DNA of 64,000 bases, taken from NCBI RefSeq assembly GCF_009914755.1, contig NC_060939.1; one strand, 5' to 3'. The stretch comes from the human T2T-CHM13v2.0 reference genome, Homo sapiens. The notes under the pieces were generated by a model, which saw nothing but the letters and a program-made list of their open reading frames with translations, was not told the DNA's origin and did not search any database. Positions 47,928-62,186 of the stretch are shown here, in pieces. Position 1 is the stretch's first letter. The number at the start of each line of letters is the position of its first letter. The position numbers were made by a program, and so were the translations under genes.

Positions 47928-49339
47928 CATAGCTAGGAAGTGATAGAGCTGGAATTTGAACCCAGGCAACCTAATTCCAGAATCCAATTTCTTAATTATT
48001 GGGCTATACTGATGATACTTTTTATATTGGTACAAGTGTAGCTGAAGTTTGTAACTGAAAATGAGATATAATTCGGTAAAGAACAGTCAGTTCAACAGAT
48101 GATTCATGCTTAGATGGCTTAGTACGGGGATTAAAACTCAGATGTCTACATACTGCCCCAGAGAGAAACTGCCCAGATGTAGTCACATTGGCTGGTGACT
48201 GTAGTGGTGAACTGGAGGATACATGCTCATTGTGAAGGGAGCAACTATGTATAAACATGTCGGAAGTTTTGTTTTGTTTTGTTTTTGTTTTTGTCAAGAG
48301 AAGCCAGAAAACTGGATTTTAATGTGAAACTTCCAATTTTAAAAATCGTCTTCCTGTTAATAACCGTGCTTTATCCATTAATGGTTAAATTATAGTCCTG
48401 TATAGTATAGGCTGGGTTTTCCTGCAGTAACCAACAACACCCAAAGCTCAGTAGCTTAAAACAATTAAAGGTTACTTCTTGCTGATGCCACTTGCCCAAC
48501 AGTGGTTGACAGGAGCCTCAGCTCTTAGAACGTCTCGGAGACTCAGGCTTTATTTGGACACATTTTTTACATAATAACTGCAATAGTGCAAGGGGAACAT
48601 GAGACTCAGACACTGACCCTTAAATCTTCTTATAGAAGTGACACAGGTCAATCACTTAGACTCATATTTCATTGGCCAAAGTTAGTTAATGACCACACCT
48701 AACTTCAAAGGGGGTGGAGAAGTGCAGACCTTCTGTGGGCTGAAGCAAAATGTTTCTGAGTATCCCCACTGACTACCACAGCTCCATATACTCTGATTTT
48801 TAAGGCAGAAATGTCAGATTTTTCCCCCAAGTTAGATTCTGATTTGCAGAGATTTCAAACGGTTGATTTAAAAAAAAAATTGTTTTGTTCTTGAATGATT
48901 AAATTTGACTGCTCTGAAAAATTCATATTTTGCTTCATTTGGACTAGTGCCACTTATTTAAGTATTATCATCTTTTAGCTGATTAGGAAATCATATGCAG
49001 GAACTGTGAAATAATTTTTAGCTGAAGTGATGATTTATAGATGAATATTTATTCCAAAAAGCACTACTCATATATTTTAAATATTTGTTTATGTCATCCA
49101 CTATCTTGTGTAACTTGTCTCATTAACTACACTGTAAGGTAAGAATCTTATGTTATTAATTTATGCTCTGTAGTGTCTGGCAGTATAGAAAATGGTTATT
49201 TAATAGATGTTAATAAATTTTATTGATATATCTGTCAATTAGTAGTTAATAAATCACTATAATTAGAGATCATGACTTCAGATGATGTCATAGAAGTTGG
49301 AAACACTTCAGGCAATTTTTTAGAAGTTGCTTATTGTTG

Positions 49340-49692
<353 letters not shown>

Positions 49693-51886
49693 TCAATTTC
49701 AAAGGCATTTCTGGCTTATTCGTTATGAATCACAAGGCAAGACTTTCTTTTCAAATATCATTTTTCTGTGATGTTTTCACATGCTTTATTTTGCTATAAC
49801 ATTTGGATGAATTGTAACTTAAAAAAAATTATGAAGCAAATATCAGTGCTCAGGGAGGTATTCAATTGCCTGAGATCTTGCAAGGCCTTAAACACTCTTC
49901 AAAACAAGCCCCTCCTAGCTCCTAAGCCCACGCCCTTCCTGGATGACCAGATAGAGAGTGATTCTCATTCTCATGAAATGCAGAGTGCTCAGGGACATGA
50001 ATGTGTGAGGACAGAGTTTGGCCCAGGAGCAGTGTTTCTATAATTTAATAGTGGTATTACTCCCCTTGGAGAAAGTTGCATGAACACAAGTTACTCATTG
50101 ATTGAATCTTGACCATGCAAGTGTGTTTCCAAAATCAATCACTCTTAAGTTGTTCCACATGTACTTGTAAATGTTAATTTAATGGCCTGTGTAACTGGGC
50201 TTTTGTTGTTGTTGTCTATCTGCTGATACTTAAGGTAGAGGAAGTTGTAATGTAGTGTTAAGATTCTGAGTCAGATAACTTGGGTTTTAAAACCATTACC
50301 AACACTATATACTAGCTGTGTAATATTGGCAAATCATTTACTCAGTAATGTTTAGATTCCTTATTTATAAAATAGAGTTAAAGGTATCACCTCATGACAA
50401 AATTGCTCTGAAGATTAAATGAAATAATGTGTACAATATTCATGGCATAATGCCAGGTACATGCTAAGCATTCAATAAAAATCAGCAATTATTAATATTG
50501 TATTACTATCTTTATAAAATCATATAATCAGGATTAAAGGATCTCAAAAGTCATTGGATTAAGCTACTCATCCAATAATTTAATCCCCCCTACAATTTTT
50601 CCACCAAGAGATCTCCTAGACTATGATTGAATACTTATTATTAGATAACTCTGACTTTTCAAACTTTCTCATATTGAACCAAATTATGCTTAAACCTGTA
50701 GCTTTCACCATTTGGAAATATACAGAACAAAAGTAGACCCTTTCCTCATGATAGCTCTTTGTGAATTTGAAAATATCTCTAATCATAAGCTATTCTCTAA
50801 ACTTCCTTGAAACTTACTATCTCTCCCTGAAATTTTCACTTGATCTTTCTCTTTCCCTTCAACACCAAAATGTTGGAAAGAATTGTTATAAATAATTGTC
50901 TCAACTTCCTCTAGTTTCATTTCTTCTTCAACAGCTTGGATATAGAGTCTGATTCAACAACTCTCCAAGCTGAAGCATGAGGGCTACCCAGGAGTCAAAA
51001 TAAGATGAAAAACACAGAGAAATAATAACATTGGCCCTTTTTTATTGAATCCTTTATAGTGTTTGAATCATTATACTAAGAATTTTACATATATTTTCTC
51101 ACTGAATCATCACTAGGCCCTATGTGAAGTATATATTGGTATTATTATCTCTATTTTACTGTTGAGGAAAACGAGTCTCTGAGAGTTTGAATTTTTCAAC
51201 ATCCTGCAGCTTGAAAGGGTGGTGAGTGGATCCAGGTTTGTACGTGGGTGTTTTCTTCCTCCAAAGTCCCTGCACTTAAACACCAGATTTATAAATAAAG
51301 TTAGATGAATATGGGAAGGAAGGAAGAGATAAACCATCAGATCAGTTGATATTATTGTTGTTTACACATTATGTAAAATATATGCTTAAGAAATAAAAAA
51401 GAAATATAAGACATGACCTTTTTTCTCATATAAGGAAGCTTATAATATAGCAAATACACACACATATGTACACATGAAAAATGACAAGAGAAGGAAGGAT
51501 AGCAGTATAAACACGTATTTTATATGAGACATCTCTCCTTTTAATTATTTTTTATATTTTAAAAATTGTTTATAAATATATAGGTATAATGACAGCGGTG
51601 GAGATACATAGGCATAGGTACAGCTAATGATAAAGACAAGGAGATATAAAGATATAGATAAAGACTATAGACAGATATTAATATAGGGATATAGATATTT
51701 AGAGATAGAAGTAAAAACAGAAAAAAAAAAGATATTTAAAGTAAAACTATGAACCAGAAGGTTATACATCAAATTTAGGACAGTGGTTGTTTTGGGGAGG
51801 AAATGAGAGAATAGGATAAGTGTAGGGCTGGGGAGAGAGGAAACGTCTGTAATGTTCTGTTTATTTTATATATATAAAAATGCCTG

Positions 51887-52290
<404 letters not shown>

Positions 52291-52476
52291 TTAGAATCAT
52301 ATAAATGATACTATCCTGTAAGACATTATATTATTTAGATTTATAAAACTATGTTCTCATAAAAGAGAGCCAAACTGTAAAGTTAAGGATTAAATCACAA
52401 CTAAGCTTCCTGAAATGAAGAGAGCTCCCCCTCCCCTGGCTTTGGGCACCACTGACTGCCATGCTTCTGTTGGCAG

Positions 52477-52603
52477 GCAGTGGGCTGCGATCGGCAACTG
52501 GGAAGCAATGCCAAGGAGGACAACTGTGGAGTCTGTGCCGGCGATGGCTCCACCTGCAGGCTTGTACGGGGACAATCAAAGTCACACGTTTCTCCTGAAA
52601 AAA
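52477..52603 (+). CDS. ADAMTSL3: ADAMTSL3 127-nt coding exon (probably exon 7), [42 protein letters not shown]
   Basis: Manual translation from 52477 gives the ADAMTS motif VGCD..LGS...ED.CGVC.GDGSTC. Acceptor ggCAG|GCA, donor AAA|GTAGGT, branch-like CTGAC at 52452. The ORF track shows only a different frame here. Confidence 0.95.
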
Positions 52604-53216
52604 GTAGGTTTTAAACCCAATACGTTATTACCATCATACAAGATATATTTTAGACTGTCTATTGCTAGAATAACATTTTCTGAATGTTAAGCTTTTTTAG
52701 TTGGAAGTAGCTTTTGTACCAATTTTCTAAAAGTGAAATTTCTTCCAAGAAGTGTGTATCAAACTTTTGTTCCCATTATATCTTTGAAGAGGACCCGTTT
52801 TCTTTGAACCTTTGCCAATGCAGGGTATTACTGTTTTAAAAAAATATATTTGCCAATTTTTCAGGTAAATCATGAAATAGTAATTTCTTTTATTTGTCTT
52901 CCTTTGACTGCTAACAAGGTAGAAAATATTGTCATGTATCTATTGACCATTTATACTTTTTAATTTCTCAGTTAGCTACTGAAGCCATTTATCAATTTTC
53001 CTATTTGGATGTAGATCTTTTCCTCATTGTTGAGAGCTTTTAATATATCACCAATACTAACATTTTTTCTGTCATACCTATTTCAAATATGGTTCCAGTT
53101 TGTTAATTGACTTTCAATTTTGTGTAATTAGAGTTTCTAAGTTTCTAAGTATTATGTATTTGGAAATTTCCATCTTTTCATTTTAATAATATCTGTCCTT
53201 TAAAACATCCTTTAGT

Positions 53217-53428
53217 TTGGGGAATCAGTAAACTTTTTCTGTAAAGGGATGGATAATAAATATTTTAGGCTTTGCTGGCCATATAGTCTCAACTACTCAA
53301 CACAGCTGTTGCAGTGTAAAAGCACACACAGACACCTGTAAATAGATCAGCATGGCTACATTCCAATGAAACTTTATTTACAAATGTAGCCTGAAGGCTG
53401 AATTTGGCCTTTAGGTTTGTTAACCGCT
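53217..53428. mobile_element. MER58A-like hAT DNA transposon
   Basis: AAACTTTTTCTGTAAAGGG...AAATATTTTAGGCTTTG...CCAATGAAACTTTATTTACAAA. Confidence 0.8.
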
Positions 53429-53649
53429 CCTTTAAAGGAAACAAAAATTATTCACGTATGTTTTCTGCCAGTACTTTTATGGTTTTGTTTTTCTTTATAA
53501 TAATTCTTTCTGAATACCCCCTTGTTGGTGGTATTCAGTTATAAATGTAGGTGAGTTCCGCCAAAGATTTGATTTTAAATCTTTTATTCCTTTGAATTTA
53601 GTTTGATGTAACTTGTAAAGTCGGCATCTTACTTATTTTCCCAAATGGG

Positions 53650-54800
53650 GAAAGCATTGCGGGAGGGGTGGAGGGTTTTTCAGGCAGAGGAAACACAAAG
53701 TTCATGGCGTGACACTGGAGAAGAGTCTGGGTGTTTTGAGGAACTCGTAATATGTTGTTCAGGCCTGACTGTACATTGAATAGGGTAGAAGATAAGACAG
53801 AACGGCATTTGGAGTCAAAGCCTTCGTTATTGTGTTTTATTTTTCAGATTAAGTGGAGCCCTCAAAGCAATTTAGGCAGTGGAGTGATATGGTTAGGTTA
53901 GTGTTTTAGTAAAATAATTCTGGTGGCATATGGAGGCTGGATTACCTGTCAGATGAGCTTGGAAGCAGGTAGTCCAAATAGGAAGTGTCTTTCAAGCTAT
54001 TCAAGAGTGTTTAAAATCATGAGGCCTTGATCTAGGGTAGCGTGGGAGGAAACGTAGAGGAAGGAACAGGTGGAGAGATCTTTAGCATGTAGAATGAACA
54101 GAGTTTGGTAATTCTTTGAATGACAGCTATAAGAGAAAAGAAGCAGCTAGAATGGCCCAAATTTTCCATCTTGTGCAGCTCGGTGGACATGTTTGCTATT
54201 CATTTGGGTAAGGAATTCATGAAGAGGAGACACATATCAGAGGTGAGACTCCACCTCCCTGAATTTTATTCTCTCCAAAATTTTCACCCCATAAGTATCC
54301 AATGTCTAAGTATCTTTCTGATGCCTGCAAACAGATGTTGATTATGTTTTCTTTGTGGTTGGAGGGTTTATCTGAAACATGCTAGGTTATCATGGCTGAT
54401 AGCAAAACCCCTTGTTGGTGGTATTCAGTTATAAATGTAGGTGAGTTCCTCTAAAGAGAGTATGTAGAATATAAGAGGAAACCAATAATTGCATCCTGAG
54501 GAAAAGCTGAAGTCAAAGCATTTAGCCAGGGAAGAAGTTTAAGGGAATCCAACCGAGAAGGAATGAATAGAGTAAGTAGGTAAATGCAGAACTTAGCAAG
54601 AGCAGTACCATGGACCCCAAAGGAATAAGTAATTTCAAAAATGAGATGGGGGTGGCCAGCAATGTTAAATGCTTTTATGAGTTCAACTGGAATAAGGGCC
54701 CAAAAGTTTGTCTTTGGCAATTTGAAGGTCATTTGTGATGTGAACAAGAGTGATTTTGATGAACTTCAGGCTGAAATCAAAGCTTCATTGCAATGGATTG
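53650..54800 (-). mobile_element. L2 fragment
   Basis: Purine-rich antisense L2 motifs (TTTTCAGGCAGAGGAAACA, GCAGTGGAGTGATATGGTTAG, TTGGCAATTTGAAGGTCATT). Confidence 0.6.
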
Positions 54801-56037
54801 ATAAGTGAAGAGAATGTATAGAGGGAAGGATTTGCTCAGGACAAGAGGAGGGGAACAGACCAACACCGTGTCAACAACTGGATAGCTCTACAGGGTTGGT
54901 TGGAGAACACCGTGAGGTGTTCCAGCCTATTGTCTTTATTTGACTCTTCATTAGGAGATAGAGTTGGCCAGTAGGAGTGAGGGCTCAGAGACTTGAGCCT
55001 GTTCCCATGAAGGAAAGAAGAAGGAACCATCAACAACAGTACAAAGATAGAGGAGTAGCTGTAAGGGCCTAGCTGAGATGGGAAACCATGAATTCATGGA
55101 GGTTCCAATTTTTGGACTTCATGAAGGAGGTGGCTTTGAATGGTGGTATACCAATGAGGAATGTATCCTACTGGAAATCACAGAAAACTCAACTTAGAAA
55201 CATTGGAGTTTATAAGTCTTTTCTAACAAAAAGCCTGGAGTAGGCAGCTAAGGCTGGGGATGCTGTTTTACTGTGTCTTTCAGGAACCAGGCACCTTTCT
55301 CTCTTCTTCACATCCTTAGAGGATGGCTTTTGCCTACTTGGCTGCAAAGTCATTATTGGACATTGAGATGTTACATCCACATCCCAGATAATAAGGAAGA
55401 ACATAGTGTGAAAAGCGTTTTTTTAAATACTGTGTTCTTTATCCAGGAAAGGATATTCTCCCCAGGGAATTTTGCTTCATTGACCAGAATTATGGTGTGT
55501 GACACCCTGGCTTCCAAGGAGGCAGGAAACCAAGTAGTTAGCATTCTATCCATTCTGCTATTACTAATATTGATCAAATGCTTTATAATTCCCAAAGTTC
55601 TCTTCAGACTTATCATTTAATTCTACCAGCATTCTTACATTATAATTTGGATAATGTCCTGCCTATTTTACAGATGAGGAAACTAAGGATGAGAAATGTT
55701 AAGAAACATCTCCCATAATTAATTATGAAAGGAAATATTGGGAAGTGGTTAAGAAATTGGGGTCCGGAGCCGCCAGCCTTCCAGGGTTAAGTCCTGGGTC
55801 TGTTGCTTATGAGCTGTGCAGAGTTATTTAAGTTATTTCACTTCCATGGGTATCTTGGATCTCTAATTTTAAACTGGGAATAACAACAGTACTGCCTTTG
55901 TAGAGCTGTTATCAGGATTTAAAAGATCAATCCATGTTGAGAACTCCAAATAGCGTAGTAACTAGAGAGTACTCAGTAAATGCTAGCTGCATTTTTGTTA
56001 AAAATATTACCCATTGGGATACTAAAGGATGTCACAC

Positions 56038-56948
56038 TGATACGGGAGGGGGGGCAGGAAATTGAAGGGCGGGGTTCCTGGCTAGGGCTCCGCCCTTGGG
56101 CCTGTGCCCACTGGCCTGGGTGAGGACAGGGACTCTGAAAACAGAGTCCCTGTCCTCACACCCAAATGTTGCATTTTCCAAGGCCACTCTGGCCTGCCAT
56201 GCCCCCCATTCTGTGTCTATAAAAACCCCAAGACCCTAGCAGTCACACACACAAGTGACTGGATGTTGAGAGGAACACACTGGCAGAAGAACACACAGAC
56301 GCCGACAGGCCATTGACAGTGGAACGACAGAGACTCAGGGGGAAATTTGGCCGAGGGCGGACGGACGAGATCCTAGCTGCTAAGCGACCCGACTCCAGGG
56401 GAAGACCACCTTCCCACTCCATCCCCCTTCTGCCTCCCCATCCCCCTTCTGCCTTCCCATCCATCTACTGAGAGCTACCTCTACCATTCAATAAAACCTT
56501 GCACTCATTCTCCAAGCCCATGGTACTGGCAAAAATGGATCACACATGGGCTTGGAGAATGAGTGCAAAGGTTTATTGAATGGTGGAGGTAGCTCTCAGC
56601 AGATGGATGAGGAGGCAGAAGGGGGATGGAGTGGCAAGGGATACAGAAAGCGCTGCGATACCGAAAGCCCTCTGTCCTTGAGAAAAGGCAGAGGTTCTAA
56701 CTGAGCTGATTAACAGAAGCCACCTGCGGACAGCTAAGCTGAAAGAGCACACTGTAACACATGCTGGAACTTTGGGAGCTGTAAACATTCAACTCTAGAC
56801 GCTGCCTTGGGGTTGGAGCCCCAAGCTCCCCATAACCTGCCCGTCTGCATGCTCCCCCTAGGGGCTTGAGCTGCTGGGCACGGAAGAAGCAAGCCACTCC
56901 TCCTGTTGCATGCCCTGAGAGGGGGATAAGGGAACTTTGCCCCTTTCA
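56038..56948 (+). mobile_element. ERV1 solo LTR, LTR1 family-like, with internal inverted duplication
   Basis: TGATAC...TTTCA termini; TATA-like CTATAAAAACCCC (~56217); AATAAA at 56490; near-TSD ACAC/ATAC; internal motifs resemble the LTR1 consensus as recalled. Confidence 0.8.
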
Positions 56949-57449
56949 ATACCTCTTATATACTTTAAGTGTAAATGTGGGTATTTGTAAACATATTTGA
57001 AAATCAACAATCAGTCCGTCTGGGGATTGATTTTAAGAGAGCTACTGCTTGGTATGGAGGAAAACGTTGAAAGTGTGAAAACAGAGTGATTGTAGGACAA
57101 ACCAAAGTTTTAGGACTCAGATCAGTGAACACAGTTTGAAGAGAGGCTATACTGAGAAGTGTTCATCCAGGAAGGCATGTGGATGAGGGGAGTAAGGGAG
57201 AAAGACAATAGCCAGATCCCGGTGTAATGGAAGTACGTAGAGTTAGTGTTGGCCTTAGAAAGTTTGGAAATCTCATCAGAAAATACCTCGTTTTGTCAGG
57301 GTCCAAGAAAGATTAGAACTTGAGATAATTCTAATTGAACCAGGGTAAATGCCAGATGAAATTGTGCCAAAGGGCAGTCTTATTTGGAGAAGTGTGCAGA
57401 AGAGGTACTGAAATGCAAGGTAGTTCATTATTCTCTCTCTCTCTGTCTC

Positions 57450-57622
57450 TTGATTTTCAGCTTTTGGATTACATATGCTTTTGAGAATCTATTAAAAGTT
57501 ATGCATTTTCTTTCCAGGAAAATGCATGTGTATTTATAAGCCCCACATTTGCCATTCTGATTTTTTTGTGGGGTTCTCAGACCCCTGATGCCTGTTTAGG
57601 ACATTCCAGGTTAAGAACCCCT
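57450..57622. mobile_element. hAT-Charlie MITE remnant
   Basis: Ends with CCAGGTTAAGAACCCCT, a typical hAT-Charlie terminal inverted repeat. Confidence 0.5.
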
Positions 57623-60600
57623 AAAATGTCCTTTTTTTAAAAAAAAATCAATTTCTACGTAGAAAGGGGAACTGGAGGGCACAGATCCTTCAGTGCAGGG
57701 CATGAGTGACATGGTATAAGCCAGGAACATCCCACAGGATGCTGGCATGTTATCAGGTTCCGTATGCATGCGCTTGAGCTAAGGCTAAAGGTAGCAAAGA
57801 TTCCTGCCTGCGTGAAAACACAGTCCTTCACCATCTTGATTCTAATTATGGCCCCATCATGTTTGTTACAGCTCTGAAACTGACCAGCTGAAGCTGTTTT
57901 TGGCTGGGATTTTTTCCCTAGGCCATATGGAAGCACTTCCCTATAATCATGCTTTGTGTGAAAGAAATGTAGGAAATGAAGCCATGTCTCCCCCTGAGTG
58001 TGCATCACTGGAGCCTGCAGAATCTACGCAGCTCCTACATCCACACCTTGCCAAGAATTCATTCCAATCTTCCCTGGGACTCACCCTGAGTCAGGACATG
58101 GCAACGAGATGCTGTTGGCACAGCCCTGCACTGGAGAATGTGCACAAGGCTGCACACAGAATATCATTTCCATCACGCAGTGAGGCAGACACAAGGTGTA
58201 AGAGCCTGGAGCCAAAACCTTTGCTATGAAAAATATCAGAAATTTATCCAGATACAACATACAGATTTCCTGTTCAGAGGGAGGAGGAGAGAGACGGAAC
58301 TGACAACCAACATAAACAGCTTTGGATGTTGGAAAAGGAAACTAGAGGCCACTCAGGTATTAAAGAGAGAAAGCTGTAAAAACAACAACAAACATATCTG
58401 TTTAGAGAGTCTTGACTTGGCATTTAGAAACTTAGTTGTATTTCCAGGTTTGTTCCTTATTTTGGTCTTGTCCACATCAGGGCACACGTGTGTGAGGCAA
58501 ATAAACAAGATCGGCTTGTCTATTCTAAGCTTTTTGTCCATTTTTACATGGTGGCAGCCAAGCCTATTGATACAGTGATACCTAAGGCCAACTGGGAACA
58601 CCAGCATTTTGCTCAAGTTTTGGCAGTATGAAGATAAACACACACTCTTCTAATGCATTCCTTGACACAAATAGAATCCTGGGCTAGGTGGATCATGGGG
58701 CTGCCTCACAGTGTAATTCTTAAGATTTTTTCCCTTCATCCACTGTTCATTTCTCCTTTGACTGTCACTCCCAAAAACCATTTACAAATTTAACTTATTC
58801 CATAGCAAGGAAGATTGTGTAGGATATAAAGGGTCTGCTAACATGGTAACATGAATTGGTTTTCATTCTCCTGTCTTCCCACATCATCTCTTTCTACCTC
58901 CACATTCGTCTTTCTAGGGTGAGATTCTGGCTGGTCATACTCTTCTATCAGAACTGCGATTGAGAAAGGAATATTCAAACCAAAGACCCTGTTCCTTTTA
59001 ATGGAATTAAAAGTTTCACCCTCCTCCATTTAATTCAGCAAGGGAGAGTGTGGCCTGGAAGGAAGACTCTGTGACTAGAAATAAAGACTCCTGGGTTCTA
59101 GTCCTTGCCTAGCTCTTTTGCATGGTTTTATTTGTCTTCTGGCCCTGTGCATGAAGAGAGATAATGGAAAAATAGCATGTAGACTGTGTTGCAAAGGAAT
59201 GTCATAGATTGTATTTTACATGGAGAAGCAGACAGACTGTGAACTCCCTGGCCTCTTCATGAATCACCTTACACCTATGATGAAATCCGCGTCCCTCTCC
59301 AAAGCCTTTAAAGCCTGTATCGTCTGGCCCCTGTGTTACATCATGTGCTGCCATCTGCTCCTCATTCCCTAATCCCCAGTTACACTGGCTTTCTGGGAGA
59401 TTCCAGAATGTCAGGTGCCCATTCCCCCGATGGGCCTTTGCACCGACCCATCCCTGAACCTGGACCATGTGTCTCCCTGCTCTTCAACGTAGTTACCTCT
59501 TTCTCAACGTTGAGCACAAGTGTCGCCTCCTCAGAGAGGCTTTCTTTGACCACTCTACGTAAAGTAGGCCCTTCTCTTTTCTGTTTAGTTCTTGCTTAGC
59601 CTTTAGGGAAAGAAGTGGTTATTTCATTTATTTGTCTAGTTTGCCTCTCCCACTAGTAAGCTTTGCAAGAGCAGGCACCATGTCTATGATGTCCACCATT
59701 TTATTCCTAGTGCTAGTGCAGTACTGAACACATCCTAGGAGCTCAGTTAATGTTGAACAAATGAATACATGGCCTTCGCTGGAGATGATTCTGCTTCCTG
59801 TTATGATTTCAGTGGGACTAAATGATATTGTGCAATAGAACTGGACTGGAAGCCAAAGACTGGGGTAATAACCTCAGTTTGGCCTCTGACAATCTATCTT
59901 CTTAGGCAAGATGCTTCACTTACTGGGACCTCAACTTTTTCATCTGCACAGTGAGCATGGACAATTTATAAGAAATCTTCTAGCTCTGAAAATCTATTAA
60001 GTGTGTGTAATTTGTTCATTGTTAAAAAAAAATAGATCTTAGGATTGAATGGAGTTTAGAGAAAGAAGTCCCAGGAACTTATATGAAGCAATTTTCCAAA
60101 CTTTTAATAAAGGGCTTGACAGTGATGGCTTGTCTTTATTCTTAAAGGGCCCAGGAAATTTTAGATACAACACAAGAATGAGTTGGTGTGAGGTTTCCTC
60201 TTATCTCCCATGAACTGCTACTTGGTTGCCTTTTAACATGTTATTGTCACAACCTGCAAGAGGGAGGTTTAGTTTTTGCACTGACCCCCTCATTGGTATG
60301 TGAGCTCCTCAAGAACCTCATGCACCTGGCCCAGTACCTGGCACCCAGTATGTTTCCAGTAAAGGTGTGTCGACTTGACCTACACAGAATTGAAGAGCCC
60401 ACTTAGACCAGCATCCCTATGGAAGCAGTCCTTGAGGAATGTGAATTAAAATCAGAAGCAGCTTATTAGTAGCCAAGCACTGCAACACCCGTGGTCACCC
60501 AGGAGACCTGACACCTGCTGACCAGCTGAGAGCACTGGGATTATTAGTAAAAATACTTATTGGGAAAATAATAGTAATAATAATGGCCCCCAGGGTTTGT

Positions 60601-61883
60601 ATGCTTACACTGTGCTATGTATTTGTTATGTGTGACATTATTTATTCTTAACATAACCCTGCAAGGTAGGTACTACTATACCCTCCCCATTTAACAAATG
60701 GAGAAATAGGCTCAGTGAAATTAAGCACCTTGGTCAAGGTCTCACAACTGGTGAGTGGTCAAGATGGTTCTGACCTCAGAGTTCATGTGCTTAACCACCC
60801 TCCCAAAGTGTCTTCCAAGGACGGCGAGATGAGCATGAGGCGAGAGGTGCACCGAGGCTTAGAGTGGTGGGACAGGGAACAAAGATAGCACAGAAATGGA
60901 GTCAGAGGGGAGCAAAGGCTGCCTCAGCCAACCCACCCCTTGTTTCCCCTTGGCAGAGCCCAGCCAGCTCCATGGTTCCTAACCCAGGGTGCACATCAGG
61001 AGCACTTGGGGAACTTGTCCCATGTTCTAATCCTCAGGCCCCACCCTAGAATTTTGAGGGGTAAATCTGGGCAATTGCAGGTTGCCAAACTTCCCAGGTG
61101 GCCACTGGTGCATGCCTTTGGTTAACGCCTCTGCTTTTCAGTGTCTGATGCCCCACTACAGAGTCAGAAGGCAGATGACTGTTTTATCCTCACCAGCCTC
61201 CTGATTTCTTAGAGGCAGTATTATAAAGGGCAGAAAATGAGAGTTACACTATGATGCTCGAGAACATCTGGACAGATATTTGTTATTAGATGCTGTGTGA
61301 CATAGTCCCATCTCCTGCATGCTGTTCCAAAGCTAGCCCTGCCAATAAGCACAGAGGCATACATTATTGGTCAGTCTGCCTGTTACCATGGTCTTTTGAG
61401 GTAAAGGCAGTTTAGGCCAGTAAATAAACATACGTCAGGTTGGGAGCAGATGTTTCTGCATAGGAGCTAAGGGCTGAAGATACTCATTTGCAGATTGAGC
61501 AATCAGAGACTTTAGTAATGTGGCCTAACAGCTCAAGGCATGCTGGTCAGTTTTCAGTTTGCAGCCGATTGTTCTCAACAAGGCAAAGCTCTGCTGTGTT
61601 CCTTCCTTCTTTTGTAAAAAATTTGCTGTTAATTTCCTACATTTGCTTTTTCTACTTTTGCTTACTGGCATACTGCATTTTTCTCACCCCCATTTGCAAA
61701 GTAGTGTATAGACAGTCCTCCAGCTGCAGAATCAGTGTTGCTACCCATTGACTTTTCCTTTTTTCGCCTTCCAAAATCCCCCACTGCTCCTACAGAATGA
61801 CAGATGAGCTTGAAGCAAACCTTACTATCCTACTTTTGAAAAATTGTGCAGACCCTGTTCTGTACAATACCATGCCAGGTAAC

Positions 61884-62186
<303 letters not shown>

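Noticed and set aside
54245-54400. Possible inverted segment within the L2 fragment
   Set aside because: Similarity to L2 in the opposite orientation is too weak to assert by eye.
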